A stretch of 46,576 nt of DNA, taken from positions 1-46,576 of IMG/VR virus record IMGVR_UViG_3300029825_000015; one strand, 5' to 3'. A program made the translations under genes and the position numbers. Positions 1 to 9,326 of this stretch are shown piece after piece; within the stretch, counting starts at the first letter, position 1, and each line of letters begins with the position of its first letter. The DNA comes from a virus. Its lineage: Duplodnaviria > Caudoviricetes. The notes under the pieces are model-generated. The model was given only the letters and a program-made list of their open reading frames with translations, ran no database searches and was not told where the DNA came from.

Positions 1-459
1 GATGGAATTAAAGGACTGGATAGATAGAGGAATGAATGGATGGATGAACGTTGGATTGATCTGAATTGAATATGATCATAAACAAATGAGATAGATGGAA
101 GCTGAATGGGGGGAATGCTACGCTGAAAAATTTGCCTGTTAATATCTGCCGTCTGCCGTGGATACTACGATAATATTAATGTGAATATTTGTGAAAAAAT
201 GGTAATTCCAAAAAAATATAAAAATTTTCGGCTTTATATGCCGAATAAATGTGATATAAATGTCACATTTTCAAAGCATCAAATTTATCCATATTATGTA
301 ATTAATTGTATATTATCTATCCATTTCATCCCATAATTCAACCATTATTTCACCATATTTTTACCATATACAAACATATATTTACTATTAATTTGCCTAA
401 AAATTGGATTTCTTCTTTCAATTTACATACGTTCCATAAGTCATATTATCAGCCATAAT

Positions 460-487
460 ACCGCATAATACTATACTATTATGCGGT
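460..487. repeat. Perfect 11-6-11 inverted repeat ACCGCATAATA-ctatac-TATTATGCGGT
   Basis: Read directly; arms at 460-470 and 477-487 are exact reverse complements. Confidence 0.85.
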
Positions 488-655
488 TTGATTAGACCAT
501 AAAGCGGTACGGGGGGGATGATTTACACTTTTTATTGTATCCTTATTTTTCCTTTTTGCCTCTTCTTACACTTTCCCATCACACAAATTGATTCCGATTC
601 CGATCAATCCCTTCCACTCACAATAAATTCACTCTTCTTCCCTTTCACTAAAATC

Positions 656-1123
656 GCTACAAGCCTTACACCAAGCCACTTACAGCATTTTCATTTTACA
701 ATTTTCACTCAATTTTCTTCATTTTTACCCTTATCGGTAGACCATTCGGACGGAATCCACTAGAATCAATGCTTACAGCGATTTTACCCCTTTTTTGCTC
801 CATTAAATAATCATCAATTTACCATCATTTTCATTCAATTTATCTGTTTTACATATTTACCCACCTCGCAAACCATTGATTCTAGGGCATCTCACCGATA
901 ACGTCACCTTTACTACCGATGCATAGCCAATGATACCCTCAATTTCACATTGTTTTTGCCTTACTTCAATCGTATTTACAACTAATTTCCAATTCCATCA
1001 GATACAGTTAATATCAACGTTTTAAGCATTTTTTGAAGCACATTTTTTATTTGTCAATAAATACGCCATCCGATGTAAAAATCTCAAAATGCGTGAAAGC
1101 ATGATATTATGGGCATTACAGCG
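656..1123. repeat. Cluster of degenerate pseudo-palindromic motifs (core AGAATCAAnGCTTACAGC), about 5 copies
   Basis: Copies near 656-686, 753-780, 867-895 (inverted; CTAGAATCAATG 760-771 vs CATTGATTCTAG 874-885 exact), 1001-1027 and 1091-1123. Confidence 0.6.
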
Positions 1124-1461
1124 AAAGTATAATAAATCACTATTTTTTATCCTTTTATATTTTTTGCATATTTTCTACATTGTATAATCATTCATTATAT
1201 TCCTTATGTATAATTAATATTATTTCAGCATAAATATACTACATATTAATTTCAATCTTCATACTTTTCACTTTTATATTTTTTATTTTATTAATCATTG
1301 TATATCACTGGACTATATAAGTACACTTTTTACTTTTTATAACATTTAATAATTTTACAATTTCCATGATATTCAGTAAATTCCACATAAATTTATCATT
1401 TCACAGCACACGTTACATAAACATATAAATTATCAATTGATATTTACCGTCTAACGACCTC

Positions 1462-2090
1462 TGAGAGACATTCTACCTACTGAGTCGACACATTCTATAC
1501 CTATAAGATTAAAATGCTTTAAATCAATTAAAATATTGAGTATTTTTTTACGCCATTAATTATCATTAACTTCTCAAATTAATAATCAAAATTTTTGCTG
1601 AATCTAATATCTTTCATTTTCCATTTTTCATTCATTTAATCCAGTTCATTAAAACTAACTCGTAATATTAACTTATTTCATGATTTATTCCGGTTTATTT
1701 TAAATTGCAGTAACAATAATGAATTTACGATACGGAATTTAAAGGAATTGACCATGTAGAAGCGATTTTACCACCTAATATGACAACTTGTATGCTTATG
1801 AAAATAAAGTCGCTATTTAAGGCGTATAATTGATAATTTTTTAAATCGTACTTTGCAGCTTAAATTGCATTACATAAATAACTTAGATCAGATACAATCA
1901 ACTCAATTAACCATAAATCTCAAAATATACTCAATTTCTCTTATATATTAAAATTCATAGCTAAGTCTATGACTATACAACGTCTAATTATTCGATTTTC
2001 GGTACCTAGAAGCGATTACAACATAGTATATGACAACTTATAAGGGTACAGAAATATAAGCTCTATTTAAAGCTAAAATTTAATGATTTT
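1462..2090 (+). repeat. Three degenerate ~70-84 bp repeat units starting at 1462, 1757 and 2007
   Basis: Units at 1757 and 2007 align without gaps (TAGAAGCGATT...TATGACAACTT...CTATTTAA); the 1462 unit is more diverged but also gapless. Confidence 0.7.
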
Positions 2091-2164
2091 TAATTAAACA
2101 AAATTTTTCGTCTTAATGTTAAGTTAATATATTACTCTCATATAAATTAAGCACTAAGTATTAG

Positions 2165-2271
2165 TTATACGAAGTACCAATAATTATACGCAGTAGCATT
2201 TATATGGAGTATCATTATAAAACATCGTAAAATACAAAAGCACATAAATTAGATAACTATTATGCAGTAGC
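2165..2271 (+). repeat. Iteron-like short direct repeats TTATACGMAGTA
   Basis: TTATACGAAGTA 2165, TTATACGCAGTA 2184, TTATATGGAGTA 2200, TTATGCAGTAGC ~2260. Confidence 0.5.
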
Positions 2272-2332
2272 TATTCAACTGCCGGTAGACCACAAATTAC
2301 TGAAATAGTAAAACTTATCACTTTATTGATTG

Positions 2333-2477
2333 ATATTCCTACTGTAATAATAAGATACACTTGACATACAACATAAACTATGATATATTTTATCCATAGG
2401 TTGAACAAATTAAATATATAAGTATCAAAACAAAATAATTTGTTTGACCTATATTTATATTCCTACTGCAATAATAA
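2333..2477 (+). repeat. 21-bp direct repeat pair ATATTCCTACTGYAATAATAA
   Basis: Copies at 2333-2353 and 2457-2477, one mismatch. Confidence 0.85.
2361..2389 (+). promoter_or_regulatory. Sigma-A promoter
   Basis: TTGACA, 17-nt spacer, TATATT with TG extended -10. Confidence 0.7.
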
Positions 2478-2922
2478 TATATATATAACATTTTATAGCC
2501 TACTTTTACTAATTAATAACTAGCTTATTAGCATAACCATTAACATATTATTTAAGCAAATACAAAGATAGTAATAGATTAAGACTCAGATTCATTAAAT
2601 TGCGTTAGCAATAACGCAAACGTAGTTTGCAAAAGTGTAATATTTACAATTTATATTATATTTTTAACTATTAAGCATTAAGCACTAATATTTATAATAA
2701 ATAGCAGAATCATTTATACATAATAGTTAACAAATTACAATTGAACAGTAATGCGATTTACAAATTCTCTCTTATTATCTTTATTCTCTATTATTAAATG
2801 ATTCTCTATTATTACGTTCGCCAGCTGAGTCACGTGACGATGTGTGGTAAATAAATGGGTGCCATTGTAACAATGTGTCAATTCACTAAAAATTACGTTT
2901 GTATGCCATCGTGGCAATGGCA

Positions 2923-2931
2923 TGTGGATAA
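2923..2931 (-). promoter_or_regulatory. Consensus DnaA box TTATCCACA
   Basis: TGTGGATAA on + strand, just upstream of the HTH gene; only one perfect copy seen. Confidence 0.45.
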
Positions 2932-2994
2932 CTTTTTGGATATTATTTACATTAGTAATATTTTGTAAACAAATTATAAAGGTGGTGATGAAAA

Positions 2995-3777
2995 ATAAAA
3001 GAAATAACAGAAGCATTTGTAAAATTTGATAAGAAATTTATACGAGATGAAACTAAAGATTTACCAAGCCGGTTATTACTAACTATGGCTTACATTAAAT
3101 TATATAGTTCCATTAGTGGTCGTATTGGATTAAGTATTAGGTCACTAGTTGAAGGATTAGGATTTCGTCCTGACGCTCATAAGGATAGAATAAATGACAA
3201 TGTGATTAAAGCTCTATACTGGTTAAAAGAACGAGAATATATTTATTTTGATGCGGAATTATGGAATAAACAAAAGGTTAAAATAAATGATTGTTTTCAA
3301 ATACAAATTAATACTGATCCTAAAAATGATATATTTAATTTTTCAGATATTTACGTAGCACTCACAGAAACCGAATTTAATTCTATTATTCAAAGTGTAA
3401 AGGAAAGTAAGAAAGAATACAGTCAAAGAAGAATGATATATGATCCATCTGATTTACTTAATGTTTTTCTTAATATAAAGAAATATATAAACTTTAATAA
3501 AAACAGTACTCCTATATGTTTTCCATCACATAGGATACTTTGTAGAGATTGCAATATATCAAGTACCAGTACGATGAATAAATTTATTAATAGACTAACT
3601 AGCATAGGAATACTGTATACATATAAAGCAGGAAAATATATTGATAGTTATAATAATATAAAATATACAAACAACTTTTATGCTTTGCAAAAAGGAATTT
3701 TAACACCAGAATTATGTGATGGCATTGTCAGTGGCTATTATGCGTCACAAGTAGCAACAGTAACTAAATATAAATAA
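2995..3777 (+). CDS. HTH-containing DNA-binding / replication-initiator-like protein
   Basis: C-terminal CFPSHRILCRDCNISSTSTMNKFINRL is winged-HTH-like. Frame is open from ATA 2995, which follows SD AAAGGTGGTGA (track start 3085). Confidence 0.6.
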   Translation: MKEITEAFVKFDKKFIRDETKDLPSRLLLTMAYIKLYSSISGRIGLSIRSLVEGLGFRPDAHKDRINDNVIKALYWLKEREYIYFDAELWNKQKVKINDCFQIQINTDPKNDIFNFSDIYVALTETEFNSIIQSVKESKKEYSQRRMIYDPSDLLNVFLNIKKYINFNKNSTPICFPSHRILCRDCNISSTSTMNKFINRLTSIGILYTYKAGKYIDSYNNIKYTNNFYALQKGILTPELCDGIVSGYYASQVATVTKYK

Positions 3778-3809
3778 GATGATTGTAAAATTAAAATACA
3801 ATAAGGAGA

Positions 3810-4325
3810 TTGAAAAATAAAATGACAAATACAGTAACATATGACAGAGTAATGCAGACACAGAAAACTTTTATTTATGATAATGATAAACACGAATGGT
3901 TAATTATGGAGCAGCCGCTAATTAAGGGAATGACTCCAAAAGATTATTTACATAAACTACTACTTAGCAAGGGCGGTAAATCAGAATTAAAGAAACTATC
4001 AAATGATGAATGGCAAATAATTTTTAGTTATATGAAGTCAATAAATGTACCTACTACTGAAAAAAAGCTAAAACGCCATAATGCTAAGCCTATTGTAGTA
4101 ATGAGAAGATGGTCATTATCAGATAATGATGGTAACTTTGATACGTTGGATAATACATATGTAAAATTTATCAATGATGTTTTAGGTCAACTTAGAAAAG
4201 GAAAAATTGACTACTGCTATTACATATATCAAATTAGTGATCTATTAAGATTTATACCAGATCTTAATGCTGAATTAAAGGATGGAATATTTTATGTAAG
4301 TGTGAATAAAAAAATCAGTTACTAA
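3810..4325 (+). CDS. Hypothetical protein
   Basis: 171-aa ORF with AAGGAG SD; start may be ATG 3822. Confidence 0.75.
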   Translation: MKNKMTNTVTYDRVMQTQKTFIYDNDKHEWLIMEQPLIKGMTPKDYLHKLLLSKGGKSELKKLSNDEWQIIFSYMKSINVPTTEKKLKRHNAKPIVVMRRWSLSDNDGNFDTLDNTYVKFINDVLGQLRKGKIDYCYYIYQISDLLRFIPDLNAELKDGIFYVSVNKKISY

Positions 4326-4385
4326 TGTAATAATAGTATTTAACTATATCAACATAAATTTATATGACTGGAGGTTAATTACAAT

Positions 4386-7085
4386 TTGGCATTAAATAAA
4401 CAAATACATATTTACAGTATGGATACTAATGATTTCTATACTGACAGCGAAAATAAGATTTATCGTAGTATGATGCGCTTTGGTAAAAGAAAAAATAAAT
4501 TAAATAAAATAAATATTAGTAACTATGATGATGTAAAACGTGATAAATATCAAAAATTGTATTCATATATTAATCAAAGATTAAAACAATTAAAATCTGA
4601 ATTAAAATTAGAATTTAAAAAAAGTAATATCTCTATAAGAACTTTAAATCCAAAAAGTCTATTAGACAAAAATGTTATATCTGTTTTTGAATCTTCGTTG
4701 ACAAGAATAATTGGTTTAAAAATTGATGAACTGACGACTGATATCATGGTTGTACAAACATTTTTCTATGAAGTAATAGAGCAATTAATTAAAAATGGTT
4801 TCACATATAATGGTGAAAAGTACAAATACTTTACTTCTAGTGCAGGGCAGATTCGATTAAAAAAAACTGTATTCATTAAACAATCATTATGGGATAAATT
4901 TGAAAAAACATTAATGTGCGGATTAACAATAGATACTATTAATAAAAAAGGTGGAATAAATGTAAATAAATTTTTAGCATATTTAGCTTTATCTAATAGT
5001 GCTACTGATTTATGGGAAGATTTTGATATTAATAGGTGTATTGTAGTAGATGATTTTGAAACTATGGTCACTGGTGAAGTAGATTATATTAGTGACATTA
5101 CATATAAAATTGAACGTAAAAAGATGGAGATTCCAATTACACATACTGATGGTAGTGGAATGATATTACCTGCATTAAGCAAAAAGAATTTTATGGTTAG
5201 GCTTCCGTGGATTAAGGGATTACTTGCATCATTTGATTATGTAAAATTTATTAAGATGTACAATTGCTCTCCTATTGTTACTGATATTTACGGTAAGCGA
5301 TGGAATATAATTGAGGATAATATACAAATTATTTTTACAAAAAGTCAATTTAAAATGTATAAGTATTATAAGTCATGGGATGAATATAAAACATTTTTTA
5401 AGCAGTTCAATTGTCAAGCCGGAATTTGTAACATGGAAGAAGATTATTTTTCAAGAGTAACTATAAACTATCAAATGGTACAAACATTAACTGATATTAC
5501 AAAAGAAGAAGTAAATAAAATTACAGAAAGATCTAAAAATAGGTTATATAATCTTTCTAGGGATAAAACTACAATGCTTAATGCTTTTGGCGTGACAAAG
5601 AGTAATTATGATAAAACTTATCTACAGCAAGCATTAGAAATTTATCCTGAATTACTTCAAGATGAACACTGCAAATACATATTAAGACAAATTAAAAAAA
5701 GTCTAATTAAAAAATATAAATCAGCCAAGCTTGATATATATGGTAAATATACATTTTTAATACCTGACTTATATGCTTTTTGTGAATATCTATTTCTACA
5801 CATTGAAAGTCCTAAAGGTTTATTACAAAATGGTGAAGTATATTGCAAATTATTTAAAAAATCAAAAAAATTAGATTGCCTAAGATCACCACATCTTATG
5901 ATGGAACATGCAATTAGGAATAATGTTATTGATAAAGAAAAATCGAAATGGTTTAAAACGGATGCTATATATACTAGTAGCCATGACTTAATATCCAAAG
6001 TACTTCAGTTTGATGTAGATGGTGATAAATCTTTAGTTGGAGCAGATGAAACTTTTATATCTATAGCAGAAAGAAATATTAAGAAATTTAATATTGTTCC
6101 ACTTTATTATGAAATGAAAAAAGCAGAACCGGTCATACTTAGTCCTAATACAATATGGCAAGGATTGAATGCAGCGTTTAGTGGTGGAAATATAGGTCTA
6201 TATAGTAATAATATATCCAAGATATGGAATAGTGATGTTTTTATTAGCGGTACTTATAAAGATCAAATGGAAGCATTAGATGTTATTAAGTTATTATGTA
6301 TGGAAAATAACTTTGTAATTGATTATGCCAAAACATTGTACAAACCAACTCGACCTGAGCATGTTGATTTATTAATTAAAAAATATATAAATGCAAAGTT
6401 GCCGCATTTTTTCATATATGCAAAAGATAAATCAAGTACTCAAGTAGAAAATATCAACAACAGTTTAGTTAATAGATTTGATAAGGAATTTAAAAATACA
6501 CCTTTAAGATTTTCTATTGATAATTTTGGAAAGTTGGATTATAAAAATTTAATGAATGATAAAAATATTAAAATAGATGAAAAGATTATTGAAATATATA
6601 ATTCATTAAATCGTACATATCATTTCAAAATAAATCAAAAAAATCAAGATAATGTTAATTATATTATAAAATTAATAAGAGATAAATTACTTAGTTTTGA
6701 CTATTATAGTGAAATTGAAATTACAGATATGATAGTAAAACATTTATATACAAAAAAAACACCACATAAAGAAATTTTATGGAAGTGTTTTGGAAATGTA
6801 TTAGTTAATAATTTAAAAAACAATATTCCTGAAAATAGTATTCAATGTAAAAAATGTGGATTACGATTTATACCAAATAAATCGAATCAAAAGTTATGTG
6901 ACAAATGTAGTACATATCAACCTATCGGTATTAAGATTATTAAATGTATTGACTGTGGTAAGGATATTGAAGTGGATGCATTAGATAACCAAACAAATCG
7001 TTGTGAAAAATGTTATGAAATATATCGTAAAAAATATAAGGCAATTAAAGAAAAGGAACGCAGGGATAGGCTTAAAAGTGAATAA
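4386..7085 (+). CDS. yonO: YonO-like single-subunit two-barrel phage RNA polymerase with C-terminal Cys-rich zinc-binding region
   Basis: TDGSG, RSPHL and catalytic QFDVDGD (DxDGD) motifs; 899 aa; upstream of SPbeta-type late genes; four C-terminal CxxC pairs. Confidence 0.9.
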   Translation: MALNKQIHIYSMDTNDFYTDSENKIYRSMMRFGKRKNKLNKINISNYDDVKRDKYQKLYSYINQRLKQLKSELKLEFKKSNISIRTLNPKSLLDKNVISVFESSLTRIIGLKIDELTTDIMVVQTFFYEVIEQLIKNGFTYNGEKYKYFTSSAGQIRLKKTVFIKQSLWDKFEKTLMCGLTIDTINKKGGINVNKFLAYLALSNSATDLWEDFDINRCIVVDDFETMVTGEVDYISDITYKIERKKMEIPITHTDGSGMILPALSKKNFMVRLPWIKGLLASFDYVKFIKMYNCSPIVTDIYGKRWNIIEDNIQIIFTKSQFKMYKYYKSWDEYKTFFKQFNCQAGICNMEEDYFSRVTINYQMVQTLTDITKEEVNKITERSKNRLYNLSRDKTTMLNAFGVTKSNYDKTYLQQALEIYPELLQDEHCKYILRQIKKSLIKKYKSAKLDIYGKYTFLIPDLYAFCEYLFLHIESPKGLLQNGEVYCKLFKKSKKLDCLRSPHLMMEHAIRNNVIDKEKSKWFKTDAIYTSSHDLISKVLQFDVDGDKSLVGADETFISIAERNIKKFNIVPLYYEMKKAEPVILSPNTIWQGLNAAFSGGNIGLYSNNISKIWNSDVFISGTYKDQMEALDVIKLLCMENNFVIDYAKTLYKPTRPEHVDLLIKKYINAKLPHFFIYAKDKSSTQVENINNSLVNRFDKEFKNTPLRFSIDNFGKLDYKNLMNDKNIKIDEKIIEIYNSLNRTYHFKINQKNQDNVNYIIKLIRDKLLSFDYYSEIEITDMIVKHLYTKKTPHKEILWKCFGNVLVNNLKNNIPENSIQCKKCGLRFIPNKSNQKLCDKCSTYQPIGIKIIKCIDCGKDIEVDALDNQTNRCEKCYEIYRKKYKAIKEKERRDRLKSE

Positions 7086-7109
7086 TCGTGGACAGCACCA
7101 TTTAAAAGC

Positions 7110-7198
7110 TAGAATAGCTATAAGCTAACAGAATCAAGGCTTACAGCTATTCTAAATATAAAATAAAAAGTATAGAAATCGATGTAAGCCTTGATTCT
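7110..7198. repeat. Nested inverted repeats of the AGAATCAAGGCTTACA family downstream of the RNAP gene
   Basis: 7110-7154 has 16-bp arms with 1 mismatch; AGAATCAAGGCTTACA 7130-7145 is exactly inverted at 7183-7198. Confidence 0.8.
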
Positions 7199-7274
7199 AC
7201 TGAGGTTAAAGCACTTTTTCTTCGTTTGCCTACAAGGGCATAACACCTAATATACAAAATTATAGGTAATGCTT

Positions 7275-7308
7275 ATAAGAGTGTGATTAATTTCGCACTC
7301 TTATTTTT
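7275..7308 (+). terminator. Intrinsic terminator after the RNAP gene
   Basis: ATAAGAGTGTGA/TCGCACTCTTAT stem followed by a T tract. Confidence 0.65.
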
Positions 7309-7382
7309 GAAATTTTCATTTTCTTCTCTCCTTAGTTAGCGGTGTGCCTTAAAATATAAGATATATCGCTAACAATTTTATT

Positions 7383-7466
7383 GGGTAGGTAAGCCTAGTG
7401 GCGAAGGCAGCTGACTGTAAATCAGTGATATTAGAAACACCGTAGGTTCGACTCCTACTCTACCCA
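7383..7466 (+). tRNA. tRNA-Tyr (GTA); CCA not encoded
   Basis: Acceptor GGGTAG/CTACCC, anticodon arm GCTGA-CTGTAAA-TCAGT, long variable arm, T arm GTAGG-TTCGACT-CCTAC. Confidence 0.92.
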
Positions 7467-7510
7467 TTACCCAAATAACGGGCATTTTACAAACGAAAGG
7501 AACGATTTTT

Positions 7511-7675
7511 ATAATACTAATTAGGCGATTTGAGGCAGATGCATTAAGGAAAAATGGATACAGCAATTATGTAAAGAGAAGCTTTTCACGAAATCCTTCG
7601 TATTATTTGGTTACAAATAGTAAAGCATTAAAGTTTTTTAATGAATACAATAAATCTATTAAGGTTAAAAAGTAG
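7511..7675 (+). CDS. Small basic hypothetical protein (54 aa), probable ATA start
   Basis: SD GAAAGGA upstream; open frame fills the gap between the tRNA and the nuclease gene; not in the ORF track. Confidence 0.55.
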   Translation: MILIRRFEADALRKNGYSNYVKRSFSRNPSYYLVTNSKALKFFNEYNKSIKVKK

Positions 7676-7696
7676 CAGTCAATATATGCGAGGAGT

Positions 7697-9145
7697 GTGA
7701 GTATTATTGGTAAGAAACAAAACCAAGTGACTATACAAGTGATTGGCGGTAATTCTGAATCTGTTACTGGATCATGTTCTGTTATTTCGTATAATGGTAA
7801 TACTGCATTGTTTGAATGCGGTACTATTCAGGATGGAAAAACTGTAAAAGAGAATTATGAATTAAACAAAAAGCTTATTTCTAGCATTAAAAATAAAAGT
7901 AATATTAAATATATTTTCTTAGGACATGCTCATGCAGATCATAGTTGCAATATCCCGGCTTTGTATAAATATAATTGTAACGCAAAAATTATTGTACCTA
8001 GTGGTACTAGCAAAATATTAAAGGAGATGTGGCTTGATTCCAGTTATATAAACCAGCGTGATACAGAACACTTGAATTATAAATTTAATAAAAAATATGA
8101 ACCGCTGTATACGGATGATGAAGTATATAGAGCATTAAGTTATATGGAAGAGTATCCGTTTCATGAAATTATTAAGTTAGATGATCAATTAAGTTTTCGC
8201 TTTGTACATGCAGGACATATATTATTATCTGCACAGACTGAACTTTTTGTATCATATAAAAATACAACTAAGAAAGTTACATTTACATCTGATCTAGGTA
8301 ATCCGATTTTAAATGATACAAAAATATTTGTAGATAAATTTGAGCCGGTTACAAAAAGTAATATCGTAATAGGTGAATGTACATATTCAGCAAAAAATAG
8401 ATCTATGAATAAGAAAGATCTACAAAATGATATAAATAAAATTAAGAGTGTAATTCAACAATTTTGTGTGACAAATGGTAAAACTGTTGTAATTCCATGT
8501 TTTAGTCTTGACAGAATGCCATACATACTATGGTTAATATATTCGATATTTGGAAATGATGAAAATTTTAGAATACCAATCATTGTAGATAGTCCTTTGT
8601 CAATTAGATTATTAAATGTATATTCAGAACTTATGCAAGGTGAAGCCAAAGAAAAGTTCGATGAAATGATGGGATGGAAAAACATTAAATTTAGTTATAC
8701 TCCCGAAGATAGCGTTGGTTATATGTCAGACAATAAAGCTAAATGTGTATTAAGTAGCTCTGGTATGTTGACCGCTGGTAGAAGTGTCAAGTGGGTGCAG
8801 CATGTATTACCATATACGGATAATTGTATTATGTTCATAGGCTTTGCTACTAGTAATACGTTAGCATATAAAATCAAAAATTATAAAAAGCAAAAGACTA
8901 TCAATATTAACGGTAAGCCTGTAAAAAATAAATGTCAAATTGTTGATCTTCATAGTTTTTCATCTCATATGCAGAGGAACGAATTACTTAACTACTATTC
9001 TTCTATTGTTGCAGATAAAATATATTTGGTACACAGTGACAAAAATAAGATAGAGTTTGCGCAGGATTTACGAAATAAAATTTCAGATAAACTTAAAACA
9101 ACTAAGGTAATATGTGTCAATAGGTCAACTAAAATAAACGTATAG
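7697..9145 (+). CDS. MBL-fold beta-CASP family metallo-hydrolase (putative ribonuclease)
   Basis: HAHADH, AGHIL, SDLG, ECTY, SSSGML, SFSSH and LVHS motifs in beta-CASP order. Confidence 0.88.
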   Translation: MSIIGKKQNQVTIQVIGGNSESVTGSCSVISYNGNTALFECGTIQDGKTVKENYELNKKLISSIKNKSNIKYIFLGHAHADHSCNIPALYKYNCNAKIIVPSGTSKILKEMWLDSSYINQRDTEHLNYKFNKKYEPLYTDDEVYRALSYMEEYPFHEIIKLDDQLSFRFVHAGHILLSAQTELFVSYKNTTKKVTFTSDLGNPILNDTKIFVDKFEPVTKSNIVIGECTYSAKNRSMNKKDLQNDINKIKSVIQQFCVTNGKTVVIPCFSLDRMPYILWLIYSIFGNDENFRIPIIVDSPLSIRLLNVYSELMQGEAKEKFDEMMGWKNIKFSYTPEDSVGYMSDNKAKCVLSSSGMLTAGRSVKWVQHVLPYTDNCIMFIGFATSNTLAYKIKNYKKQKTININGKPVKNKCQIVDLHSFSSHMQRNELLNYYSSIVADKIYLVHSDKNKIEFAQDLRNKISDKLKTTKVICVNRSTKINV

Positions 9146-9326
9146 ATTGTATAATTATACACTTTATTCTGGTTTTATTTTTTTATAGTCATGTAAGCGT
9201 ATATTTATCCATTTAAAATTATATGTCAATATACTCATTTTCTCAATAGTAATAACTACTATATTTAGAGTGAATTATTGTAATGTTTGTATAGAAAATA
9301 TTTAAATTAAAGGTAACTGAAAGGAA

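Noticed and set aside
518-763. 81-aa + strand ORF
   Set aside because: F/S/L/H-rich translation of a pyrimidine-rich repeat region, with no convincing SD
2165-2177. loxP-like half site TATACGAAGT
   Set aside because: No inverted partner at 8-bp spacing; better explained as one of several direct repeats
1462-2477. CRISPR array
   Set aside because: Repeats are degenerate, long or irregularly spaced, and no cas genes are present
2735-3016. 93-aa minus-strand ORF
   Set aside because: No SD; overlaps the regulatory region and the extended start of the HTH gene
7383-7466. Suppressor tRNA or stop-codon recoding
   Set aside because: Anticodon is standard GTA, and long genes read intact with code 11 using all three stop codons
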